The position numbers and the translations under genes were made by a program. A stretch of DNA of 33,514 nucleotides from an uncultured Methanosarcinales archaeon (GTDB taxonomy: Archaea; Nanobdellota; Nanobdellia; Woesearchaeales; UBA10216), in assembly GCA_964374085.1 (NCBI GenBank), contig CAYJXD010000002.1, forward strand, positions 4,311-37,824, written 5' to 3'. Below are positions 1 to 8,715 of this stretch, piece after piece. Below the pieces are notes generated by a model that had not been told where the DNA came from, searched no databases, and saw only the letters and a program-made list of their open reading frames with translations. The stretch's first letter is position 1; each line of letters begins with the position of its first letter.

Positions 1-1020
1 GAGTTTGTTGACATTGTTGATGAGAATGACAATGTCAATGGAAAGGCTGCAAGAAAAGAGGCTAGGGAAAAAGCTCTGATCCACAGGTCTGTCTTTGTAA
101 TTGTAAAGGATTATTTTGGAAGGTTTATTGTCCAGAAAAGGGGCAAGGGCAAGGATATTTTTCCTGAAATGTGGGATTTGAGCGTTTCTGAGACAGTGGC
201 CAGCGGGGAGTCATATGACGAAGCTGCGATAAGGGGGCTGAAGGAAGAGCTTGGGATTTCAATATCAAAAAACGAATTAACATTTCTTTTCTCATTTAAA
301 TATCGTTCAGCTGCTTTTAATAATAATTCGCAAGTTTACAGCTACATGCACGGGGGGAAGATTGTTTTTGACTCTGGGGAAATTGATGAAATAACTCACA
401 TGTCTTCAAAGGAAGTCAGTGACCTGATTAAAAACAATGTTATGGCACCTGATGCAACTGCCATCTGGCTGAGGTTCTTGGACGCGGAAAAAACTGGCCC
501 GAAACTGGACCGATTTGACGCTTCCCATGATGAATATGTCGATATTGTGGATGAAGATGACAGGGTGGTTGGAAATGCTCATTGGAAGGACATGATGGAA
601 AAGCATTTGCTTCACAGGACTTCAAATACGATTGTCCTGAACTCCAAAGGCGAGATTTTTGTCCATAGAAGGGCCGACAATCTCAAATTGTATCCGGGAA
701 TGTGGGACGTAAAGTTCGGGGGCTCTGTAAGGGCAGGTGAAAGCTACGAGGAGGCTGCAAAGCGGGAATTGAAAGAAGAGGCAGGCATTGACAATCCAAT
801 AATACATCTGCTGTTCAGGCTTAAGTCAAGAAGGATGGAAAACATGGTGAACAGGGCTGTTTTCAAGTGCGTTTATGACGGGGAAATATCCCTTGACGAG
901 TCAGAAGTGGCAGAAGGCAGGTTCATGAAGCTTGATGAAGTAAAATCCCGGCTGGAAAGGAAGATGTCGCCCTCAGCTATTGATGTATTGTCAGAATACC
1001 TTAAGGTGAAAGATGAATAA
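1..1020 (+). CDS. Tandem Nudix hydrolase (YfcD/IDI-like Nudix fold), 5' end cut by the window edge
   Basis: Frame 1 is open from nt 1 (EFVDIVDENDNVNGK...) into the listed ORF 169..1020. The protein has two homologous ~140-aa halves (EFVDIVDEND... and EYVDIVDEDD...). The C-terminal half has a complete Nudix box, GSVRAGESYEEAAKRELKEEAGI (Gx5Ex7REUxEExGU). The N-terminal half has a degenerate box, ETVASGESYDEAAIRGLKEELGI. Confidence 0.85.
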   Translation, partial: EFVDIVDENDNVNGKAARKEAREKALIHRSVFVIVKDYFGRFIVQKRGKGKDIFPEMWDLSVSETVASGESYDEAAIRGLKEELGISISKNELTFLFSFKYRSAAFNNNSQVYSYMHGGKIVFDSGEIDEITHMSSKEVSDLIKNNVMAPDATAIWLRFLDAEKTGPKLDRFDASHDEYVDIVDEDDRVVGNAHWKDMMEKHLLHRTSNTIVLNSKGEIFVHRRADNLKLYPGMWDVKFGGSVRAGESYEEAAKRELKEEAGIDNPIIHLLFRLKSRRMENMVNRAVFKCVYDGEISLDESEVAEGRFMKLDEVKSRLERKMSPSAIDVLSEYLKVKDE

Positions 1021-4000
1021 GCCAAAAAAGGTTTTAGTGCTCGGGTCAGGAGCTCTGACTATAGGCCAAGCTGGCGAGAGCTTAATCCAAAAAGGATAAG
1101 CCGCATATTTGACTATAGCGGAGCGAGTTGCCTTAAAGCACTACGTGAAGAGAGCATAGAAACCGTACTTATAAATCCAAACATAGCCACGATTCAAACA
1201 GACAATAGAATTGCCGATAGGATTTACTTTCTTCCAATCACACCTGACTTTGTCGAAAAAATCATTGAAAAAGAAAAGCCTGACGGAGTTTTATTGGGAT
1301 TTGGAGGGCAGACTGCGTTGAATTGCGGCCTTGAATTGCATGATAGGGGGGTTTTTAAAAAATACGGCGTTAAAGTTCTTGGCACTTCAATAGAAACGAT
1401 AAGGGCTACTGAAGACCGTGAGCTTTTTGTCAAGAAATTAAATGAAATCAATCTTAAGACTCCGAAAAGCCTTGCTGTGACAACTGTTCCTGACGCAGTT
1501 GCTGCTTCCCTGAAAATAGGATTTCCCATAATTATAAGGGCAGCATACGCCCTTGGCGGCCTGGGAAGTGCAATCTGCAGGAGCATTGACGAGCTGGCTG
1601 ATGCTGCAGCACATGCCTTTTCAGCCTCGCCCCAGATTCTTGTTGAGGAGTATTTGGAGCATTGGAAAGAAATAGAGTATGAGGTTGTCCGGGACTCCTA
1701 TGACAACTGCATCACAGTCTGCAACATGGAGAACTTTGACCCCATGGGAATCCACACTGGCGACTCAATTGTGGTTGCCCCATCCCAGACATTGACCAAC
1801 TCAGAATACCACAACCTCAGGGAGATATCAATCAGGCTGATAAGGCATCTTGGGGTTGTTGGCGAGTGCAATGTGCAGTTTGCCCTTGACAAGGGCTCTG
1901 AGGACTACAGGATAATTGAAGTGAATGCAAGGCTTTCAAGAAGCTCTGCACTGGCATCAAAGGCAACAGGATACCCTCTTGCTTTTGTCGCTGCAAAGCT
2001 TGCTCTTGGATATTCCCTGACAGAAATAAAGAACTCAATAACCCAGAAGACCATTGCCTGCTTTGAGCCTGCCCTGGACTATGTTGTGGTTAAAATTCCA
2101 AGATGGGACTTGAAGAAATTCAGGCACGTCTCAAAGAACATTGGCAGCTCAATGAAAAGCGTAGGCGAAGTGATGGCCATTGGCAGGACTTTTGAGGAAG
2201 CAATGCAAAAAGCGGTGAGGATGCTCGACATAAGGGCGCATGGGTTAGTGGGCAATGACTTTGAATTTGATGTCCAAAAGGAGCTGTCAGCGGCAACTGA
2301 TGAAAGGGTTTTTGCCATTGTCCAGGCGCTGAAAGACGGCTATTCTGCTGATGAAATCCATAAAAGAACTGGAATTGACAAGTGGTTCATTTACAAGATT
2401 GAAAATGTGATAGAAACTGAGAGGGAATTAGTAGCAGTTGCCGCTAAAAATGATGAAATTAGTTCAGACCTTCTGAAAAAGGCAAAGCAGCAGGGCTTCA
2501 GCGACAAGCAGCTGTCAATTATCCTCGGCATGGACTATTTAGAAGTAAGGCAGCTCAGGAAATCATTTGGCATTAATCCAGTTGTAAAGCAGATTGACAC
2601 TTTGGCTGCTGAATACCCGGCAAAAACCAATTACCTTTACCTCACGTACAATGGAGAGGAAGATGACATTGATTTTAGCAGCGAAAAAAAGAAAATAATA
2701 GTTCTGGGCTCTGGTGTTTACAGGATTGGAAGCTCGGTTGAGTTTGACTGGTGCTGTGTCAATGCAGTGTTTGCATTGAGGGATATGGGATACGAGACAA
2801 TAATGATAAACTACAATCCTGAAACTGTCAGCACTGACTATGATGTCTGCGACAAGCTGTACTTTGACGAGATAAGCGCGGAAACAGTTATTGACATTTG
2901 CGAAAAGGAGAATCCTGAAGGCGTGATAATTTCAATGGGCGGCCAGATTCCAAATAATATAGCCATGAAGCTTGATGCAGCAGGAGTGAGAATACTCGGG
3001 ACAAGCGCAAGGAGCATTGACAGTGCAGAGGACAGGAACAAATTCTCAAGGCTTCTTGACGAGCTGAACATTGACCAGCCGCAATGGAGGGAACTGACTG
3101 ATTTTGCCGAGGCAAAGAAGTTTGCGGAAAAGGCAGGCTTCCCTGTCCTTGTAAGGCCGTCATACGTTTTAAGCGGCGCTGCGATGAGCATCGCGTTCAA
3201 CGAGGCTGATTTGGAACTGTATCTTACAAAGGCATCCAAGGTCAGCATGGAATATCCTGTTGTAATCAGCAAGTTCATAGCAAATGCCAAGGAAATTGAG
3301 ATTGATGCTGTTTCAAGCGAAGGAAAGCTTGTTGCATGGGCAATCACCGAGCACATAGAGAACGCTGGCACCCATTCAGGCGATGCAACAATGGTTTTCC
3401 CTGCAAAGAAGCTGTACATAGAGACAGTGAGAAGAATAGAAGACATTGCGCAGAAAGTGGCCTCTTCCCTCAGGATAACAGGCCCTTTCAACATGCAGTT
3501 CCTTGCAAAGGACAATGACATCATGGTGATTGAATGCAACCTGAGGGCTTCAAGGAGCTTTCCTTTTGTCTCCAAAGTTGCCAAGAAAAACATGGCAGAG
3601 ATTGCATGCATGGCGATAATGGACCTGCCCGTCAAGCAGATTGGCGATATAGGCTCTGGAATTTCGCATGTTGGAGTCAAGTCTCCGCAGTTCTCTTTCA
3701 GGCGCCTTAAGGGAGCTGACCCGATAGCGACTGTTGAGATGGCCTCAACCGGAGAAGTTGCATGCATCGGCCCAAATGTCTATGACGCTTATCTCAAGGC
3801 AATTGTTGCCGCAGGCTCAAAGATACCCAACAGCAATGTATTAATATCAATTGGAGGGGAAGAGGGAAAGCTCAAGTTCCTTCCCTTTGCAAAGTCTTTG
3901 GCAGGGATGGGCTTCTCACTGTTTGCAACAGAGCACACAGGAGAGTTTCTTGCCCGGCATGGAGTTGATGCCACAATACTTTACAAGGTCCACGAGGACA

Positions 4001-4236
4001 GGAGCCCAAACATCCTTGATTACCTTAATGGAAGCAGCAGGGAAAAGCTTGATTTAGTCATAAATGTTCCTTCTTCTTTCACGCCAGAGCAGCTTGATGA
4101 CGAATACACCATAAGGAGGAAGGCCGCTGACTTTGGAATACCTTTAATAACCAATCTCCAGCTTGCAAGGATGCTTGTTGAGTCGCTTTCATCAATGAAA
4201 AAGGAATATGACATCAGCGCGTGGAACGAGTATTAA
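1013..4236 (+). CDS. carB: Carbamoyl-phosphate synthase large subunit, with a frame break near the 5' end (possible pseudogene, recoding or assembly indel)
   Basis: ATG 1013 overlaps the Nudix stop (ATGAATAA). The N-terminus MNKPKKVLVLGSGALTIGQAGE is in one frame. The rest resumes at nt 1108 (FDYSGASCLKALREE...) in the frame of listed ORF 1294..4236. Both ATP-grasp halves are present (MENFDPMGIHTGDSIVVAPSQTL; second half GSGVYRIGSSVEFDWCCV), as is a C-terminal MGS-like domain. The length is ~1064 aa if the 29-nt segment is skipped, which is typical for CarB. Confidence 0.9.
1079..1107 (+). other. 29-nt intervening segment that breaks the carB reading frame between the E and F codons of GQAGE|FDYSG
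   Basis: The segment agcttaatccaaaaaggataagccgcata lies between gag (1076-1078) and ttt (1108-1110). The upstream frame reaches TAA at 1097-1099. The segment contains an A5 run at 1089-1093. The boundary could shift by 1 nt (ga|a ttt also encodes E F). Confidence 0.7.
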
Positions 4237-4237
4237 A

Positions 4238-5155
4238 ATGGCAGATGTTTCAGTCAACTTGTGCGGATTGAGCCTGAAGAACCCAACCATACTTGCTTCG
4301 GGAATAGTTGGGGTTAGCAGGGCATCCATTTCTTTTGCTGCCAAGAATGGGGCAGCGGCTGTAACCATCAAGTCTCTTACTTCAGAGATGAGAAAAGGCC
4401 ATCATGCCCCGATAATACTTACTTATGAGGCAGGCATGCTGAATTCAGTCGGCTACTCAAATCCCGGAATAGATAATGTCGCTGATGAATATGGCGACCT
4501 TTCAGGCGTTGGAGTTCCTGTGATTGGAAGCATAACAGGCAAGGATGCTGATGAATTTGCAATGCTCGCAGAGAAGGCTGAAAAGCTTGACTTTGCTGCT
4601 CTTGAAATAGTCCTCTCCTGCCCTCACACTCCTGGCTTTGGCACAATGGCAGGCCAGAGCACCCCTGAAATAACTGAAGAAATAACATCTGCTGTCAGGG
4701 AAAAAACCAAAAAGCCCCTGTTCGTGAAGCTATCGCCAAACGTGATGGCAATCTCAGAGATTGCAAAGGCGGCGGAAAAGGCTGGCGCTGATGCAATCAC
4801 CGCTGTAAATACCCTTGGCCCTGGAATGTTCATTGACATAAAGTCAGGAAAGCCAATTCTCGGCGGAAAAATAGGCGGTTTGAGCGGCGATGCCTTGAGG
4901 CCAGTAGCAGTAAGGTGCGTCTATGACATTTACAAGTCAGTTAAAATACCAATAATAGGGACAGGCGGAATAATCAACGGCAATCACGCAGTTGAAATGA
5001 TAATGGCAGGAGCAACTGCAGTGGGAATAGGGACTGCTGTTTACAACATGGGCATGGATGTTTTCAAGAAAGTTTCAGGTGAGATAGCCAAATTCATGGA
5101 TGAAAACAGTTACAGCAGCCTAACTGAATTGAGGGGGAAAGCGCATGAGGAATGA
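4238..5155 (+). CDS. pyrD: Dihydroorotate dehydrogenase, class 1B catalytic subunit
   Basis: ATG 4238 (MADVSVNLCGL) lies just after the carB stop (4234-4236). Motifs: LKNPTILASG, the LEIVLSCPHTPG Cys loop, KLSPNV, GLSG and IIGTGGI. It is followed by, and overlaps, a PyrK-type subunit. Confidence 0.9.
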   Translation: MADVSVNLCGLSLKNPTILASGIVGVSRASISFAAKNGAAAVTIKSLTSEMRKGHHAPIILTYEAGMLNSVGYSNPGIDNVADEYGDLSGVGVPVIGSITGKDADEFAMLAEKAEKLDFAALEIVLSCPHTPGFGTMAGQSTPEITEEITSAVREKTKKPLFVKLSPNVMAISEIAKAAEKAGADAITAVNTLGPGMFIDIKSGKPILGGKIGGLSGDALRPVAVRCVYDIYKSVKIPIIGTGGIINGNHAVEMIMAGATAVGIGTAVYNMGMDVFKKVSGEIAKFMDENSYSSLTELRGKAHEE

Positions 5156-5945
5156 GTTCCCGTTAACAGTACCAATATCAAAGGTGATTGATGAAGCTGA
5201 AGGCATAAAATCCATCATTCTTCCGTTGAAACTCGGGGCAAAGCCAGGTCAGTTTGCAATGATATGGCTGCCTGGAGTTGATGCCAAGCCTTGCGGCATA
5301 TCCTACCAGGACGAAAAGTCATTTGGAATCACAGTTTCTGCAGTTGGCGAATGGTCAAACAAAGTCTGCAATCTGAAACAAGGCGACCTTCTTGGGGTAA
5401 TGGGCCCTTATGGAACTCATTTCAATCTTGAAGGAAAGAAAATAATACTGGTCGGCGGAGGATATGGGGCTGCTTCCCTAATGCTCCTTGCAGAGCAGGC
5501 AGTAAAGCAAGGGATTGATACCGCAATAGTAATAGGGGCAAGGAGCAGCAGCTATCTGATATACAGGGAAAGGGTAAAGAAACTGGGACTGAAGGCAATC
5601 TTCACTACAGATGATGGCAGTTACGGCGAAAAAGGATATAACACCGCTGTACTTGAAAGGCTGCTGAAGCAGGAAAACATTGACAAGGTGTTTGCCTGCG
5701 GCCCTGAGCTGATGGAAAAGAAAGTTGCAGAAATCTGCATTGAAAACAAGATAAAATGCGAGCTGAGCATTGAGCGCTACATGAAGTGCGGCTTCGGAAT
5801 ATGCGGAGCGTGCTGTGTTGACAATTCCGGAAAGCGAGTCTGCGTTGAAGGAACAGTATTCACAGCAGAGGAAGCCTTGTCAATGCAGGAGTTTGGAAAG
5901 TATCATAGGGATGCTTCTGCGACTAAGCATGGTTTTGGAAAATGA
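5145..5945 (+). CDS. pyrK: Dihydroorotate dehydrogenase electron-transfer subunit (FAD / 2Fe-2S)
   Basis: Ferredoxin-reductase-like layout with a GGGYGAASL nucleotide-binding loop. The C-terminal Cys cluster MKCGFGICGACCV...RVCVEG is typical of the PyrK 2Fe-2S site. It overlaps pyrD by 11 nt. Confidence 0.88.
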   Translation: MRNEFPLTVPISKVIDEAEGIKSIILPLKLGAKPGQFAMIWLPGVDAKPCGISYQDEKSFGITVSAVGEWSNKVCNLKQGDLLGVMGPYGTHFNLEGKKIILVGGGYGAASLMLLAEQAVKQGIDTAIVIGARSSSYLIYRERVKKLGLKAIFTTDDGSYGEKGYNTAVLERLLKQENIDKVFACGPELMEKKVAEICIENKIKCELSIERYMKCGFGICGACCVDNSGKRVCVEGTVFTAEEALSMQEFGKYHRDASATKHGFGK

Positions 5946-6196
5946 GACTGCTCTTGATTTTGTTCATCGCATCAACAATAGCCTTTACGCTGGTTTATTT
6001 GCTGCTTCTTGGCCAGAGTCCTGATTCTTATCTTGATTGTGGCTGCGGCTGCTGCCCTGGCACTGCTCCCATCCAGAAATGCGTAAATGAGTCAGACTTC
6101 ATAAATATTGCAACAAGCCAGCTTGATGCTGACTGCACTGTTGCCGGCTGCTCAAGGGGAATAAATTACACAGAGTGCAAGAATGCTTCTTATTAA
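5942..6196 (+). CDS. Small Cys-rich membrane-anchored or secreted protein (84 aa), unknown function
   Basis: ATGA overlap with the pyrK stop and a 14-nt overlap with the pyrC start. It fills the only gap between the two genes. The N-terminus is hydrophobic (MRLLLILFIASTIAFTLVYLLLLG). The following 59 aa contain 8 Cys (DCGCGCCPG ... C ... C..C ... C) and three N-x-S/T sequons (NES, NYT, NAS). I recognise no homolog. Confidence 0.5.
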   Translation: MRLLLILFIASTIAFTLVYLLLLGQSPDSYLDCGCGCCPGTAPIQKCVNESDFINIATSQLDADCTVAGCSRGINYTECKNASY

Positions 6197-7490
6197 AAAC
6201 TGCAAAATCCTTGAAAACAACCTTCTTGCTGACAAAAGCATATTGATTGGTGACAATGGCTTGATTCAGGAAATTGCATCGCCTTCTTCAGTCAAGTCAG
6301 CTGATGAAATAATAAATGCAGCAGGATTAATTGCAATCCCGGGAATGATTGATGCCCATGTCCACTGCAGGGAGCCTGGGAACGGGAAAGTTGAGAATTT
6401 CCTGACTGCCAGCAGGGCTGCTGCAAAGGGAGGCGTGACAACAATAATTGACATGCCCAACACAAAGCCTGCAACAACAACTGTAGCGCTGCTGGATGAG
6501 AAAAGAAAATTGGCCGCAGGAAAGTGCATTGTGAACTTTGGATTTCACTTTGGCGCCAATGGAAAAAACGCCGATGAAATAAGGAAAGCAGCCAACATTG
6601 CTGCTGTGAAGGTTTACATGGGCTCATCAACTGGTGAGCTGCTTGTTACTGATGAAAAGGCTCTTCAGGAGATATTCAACTCAGGCAAAAGAATCGCTGT
6701 CCATGCGGAAAATGATGAAATGATTAAGGCAAATGAAGCTAAGCTGAAAGGCAGCAGCAACTCGGCAATGCAGCTTCACCTGAAGATAAGGGATAATTCT
6801 GTTGCAGCCTCGGAAACAGAAAGGGCAATAGCTCTTGCGAGGAAATTCAAGGCAAAACTGCACATATGCCATTTAAGCACTCATGAGGAAATAATGATGG
6901 TTCAGGAGAATAAGCATCTAATGCCGCTTTCCTGTGAAGTGACTCCACATCATTTGTTCCTGAGCGTTGAGGATAACAAATCCCTGAGTAATTATGGAAA
7001 GGTAAACCCTCCAGTCCGCGCCAAGCAAGACGTCGCTGCTTTATGGGAAGCAATCAATGATGGAACTATTGACATAATTGCCTCAGACCACGCTCCCCAT
7101 GACAGTGCCGACAAGGAAGAAGACTATTGGAATGCGCCTTCTGGTGTTCCAGGGCTGGAAACAACCCTTCCTTTGCTGCTTGATGCAGTTAACAAGGACA
7201 GGATATCCCTGCAGCAGCTAATCAGGTTGTCATCTTCCAATCCAGCCTCCATATTTGGAATAAAAAACAAGGGCGCAATAGAGAAAGGCTTTGATGCAGA
7301 CATAGCTCTGGTTGATTTGAGCCAAGAGCATGTCCTGAAAGAATTTGAGACAGGCTGCGGCTGGTCTCCATTCCAAAACTGGAAATTGAAGGGCTCTGTG
7401 GAAAAGACAATAGTCAGCGGAAAAATTATATATGAGGGTGATGGCTCAATAAATGATTCTGTTAAAGGAAAAGAGGCTGCTTTCAGATGA
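6183..7490 (+). CDS. pyrC: Dihydroorotase
   Basis: Amidohydrolase metal-binding motifs IDAHVHCREPG and ASDHAPH. At 435 aa it is the long-form DHOase. Confidence 0.9.
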   Translation: MLLIKNCKILENNLLADKSILIGDNGLIQEIASPSSVKSADEIINAAGLIAIPGMIDAHVHCREPGNGKVENFLTASRAAAKGGVTTIIDMPNTKPATTTVALLDEKRKLAAGKCIVNFGFHFGANGKNADEIRKAANIAAVKVYMGSSTGELLVTDEKALQEIFNSGKRIAVHAENDEMIKANEAKLKGSSNSAMQLHLKIRDNSVAASETERAIALARKFKAKLHICHLSTHEEIMMVQENKHLMPLSCEVTPHHLFLSVEDNKSLSNYGKVNPPVRAKQDVAALWEAINDGTIDIIASDHAPHDSADKEEDYWNAPSGVPGLETTLPLLLDAVNKDRISLQQLIRLSSSNPASIFGIKNKGAIEKGFDADIALVDLSQEHVLKEFETGCGWSPFQNWKLKGSVEKTIVSGKIIYEGDGSINDSVKGKEAAFR

Positions 7491-8149
7491 GCACAGAAAC
7501 CAAGGTTGCGGAGATTCTCCTTAAATCAGGGGCAATTATCCTGAGGCCAAACCAGCCGTTCAGGTTTGCCTCGGGAGTCCTGAGCCCGATTTACTGCGAC
7601 AACAGGCTGCTGCTTTCAAGGCCTGCTGAAAGGAAAGCGCTGGTGAATTTCTATGTTAAAAAAATAGTTCAGGAAAAAATAGAGGCAGATGTAATTGCCG
7701 GAATAGCCACTGCAAGCATTCCATGGGCTGCATTGATTGCTGAAAAGATAAAAAAGCCGATGATATACATAAGGAAGGCGATAAAGGGCCATGGCCGCGA
7801 GAATTTAATTGAAGGCGGCCTTGAGAAAGGCCAGAAAGTCCTGGTTGTTGAAGACCTGGTAAGCTCTGGAGGAACTTCTCTCGCTTCAATCGATGCTGCA
7901 AGGCAGGAGGGAGCAATAGTTGAGAAGTGCATTGCGATATTCACTTATGAAATGGCAGCTGCGATGGAAGGCTTTGAAAATGCAAATTGCCAGTTAACCA
8001 CGCTAAGCAACTTCAGCGCATTGGTCAAGGTTGCGGCAAGGAAGGGATACATTAAAAAAGAGGAGCTGCAAGTAGTCATGCAATGGGGCAGGAATCCTGG
8101 CGAGTGGGGAAAGAGTTCTAGTGCTGCTTCTGAAGCGCAAAGTATATAA
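7487..8149 (+). CDS. pyrE: Orotate phosphoribosyltransferase
   Basis: ATGA overlap with pyrC. PRPP-binding loop VLVVEDLVSSGGTS. The N-terminus has the SGVLSPIYCDNR motif typical of OPRTase. Confidence 0.9.
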   Translation: MSTETKVAEILLKSGAIILRPNQPFRFASGVLSPIYCDNRLLLSRPAERKALVNFYVKKIVQEKIEADVIAGIATASIPWAALIAEKIKKPMIYIRKAIKGHGRENLIEGGLEKGQKVLVVEDLVSSGGTSLASIDAARQEGAIVEKCIAIFTYEMAAAMEGFENANCQLTTLSNFSALVKVAARKGYIKKEELQVVMQWGRNPGEWGKSSSAASEAQSI

Positions 8150-8202
8150 ACTAAAGTTTACATATATGAACTAAAATGAACATATATAAACTTAAGTTCA
8201 CA
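8143..8202 (+). repeat. Three head-to-tail 20-bp direct repeats, each starting with a TATA-like box; candidate promoter/operator array
   Basis: R1 8143-8162 tatataaactaaagtttaca; R2 8163-8182 tatatgaactaaaatgaaca; R3 8183-8202 tatataaacttaagttcaca. R1 and R3 match at 18/20 positions, R1 and R2 at 16/20. R3 contains the perfect 10-bp palindrome aacttaagtt (8189-8198). R1 overlaps the pyrE stop, and R2 contains ATG 8176. Confidence 0.85.
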
Positions 8203-8715
8203 CGATTGCAGATGGAGATTTTCAGGCTTCTCTGCGTCAAGGCTGGAGCCAAACTCAGCCAAAGGCAGGTTGCCAAACTGCTTAAAGTCAGCCCGACTGC
8301 TGTTGCAAAGGCCCTGCCCCTGCTTAAAAATGCGCGAATGGCCAAAGTGGAAAAAGGAAATAACCTGAACCTTGTTGAGCTGGACAGGGATTCAAGGAAG
8401 ACGTTGGAGCTCAAGCGGGCTGAGAACCTGAGGCTTCTCATCGAGTCGGGATTGCCGGAATTCCTTGAGGGCAGCCTTCCTGGGGCTACAATAGTCCTTT
8501 TCGGAAGCTATGCAAAGGGCGATGACACCGTAACGTCAGACATTGACATCGCAGCCATTGGAATCTCAGGGAAAAAAATCATCTTGGATGAATATGGAAA
8601 GAGGCTTGAAAAGGAGATAAGGATAAATTACTTCAGGGATTTCAAGGCATTGGGCGTTCACATGAAGTCAAGCATTTGCAACGGGATAGTCCTTTCTGGA
8701 GGGATTGAATTATGA
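8176..8715 (+). CDS. wHTH-fused minimal nucleotidyltransferase (MNT-like)
   Basis: The N-terminus is HTH-like (LSQRQVAKLLKVSPTAVAKAL). It is followed by the polymerase-beta-type NTase motif LFGSYAKGDDTVTSDIDI (GSx9-10SDxD). The start is ambiguous: ATG 8176 lies inside repeat R2, and in-frame ATG 8212 (MEIFRLL...) lies ~25 nt downstream of the R3 TATA box. Confidence 0.8.
   Translation: MNIYKLKFTRLQMEIFRLLCVKAGAKLSQRQVAKLLKVSPTAVAKALPLLKNARMAKVEKGNNLNLVELDRDSRKTLELKRAENLRLLIESGLPEFLEGSLPGATIVLFGSYAKGDDTVTSDIDIAAIGISGKKIILDEYGKRLEKEIRINYFRDFKALGVHMKSSICNGIVLSGGIEL

Noticed and set aside
1060-1130. Archaeal bulge-helix-bulge (BHB) intron as the explanation for the 29-nt carB insert
   Set aside because: I tried to fold the junctions. 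The best central helix is ttaa (1082-1085) paired with ttga (1109-1112), which includes a G-U pair. The flanking helices then have only ~2 bp (ggcgag vs ctatag) or 1 bp. I found no convincing 3-nt bulge / 4-bp helix / 3-nt bulge structure. Local hairpins (aagct...agctt; ccgcata...tatagcgg) place the junctions in loops, not bulges. The idea is kept only as a low-probability option in the carB finding.
2838-3767. 309-aa minus-strand ORF, plus several shorter ORFs on both strands within 1224-4214
   Set aside because: It is antisense to carB, whose plus-strand homology explains the whole region. The translation is S/A/L-rich and low-complexity with no motifs.
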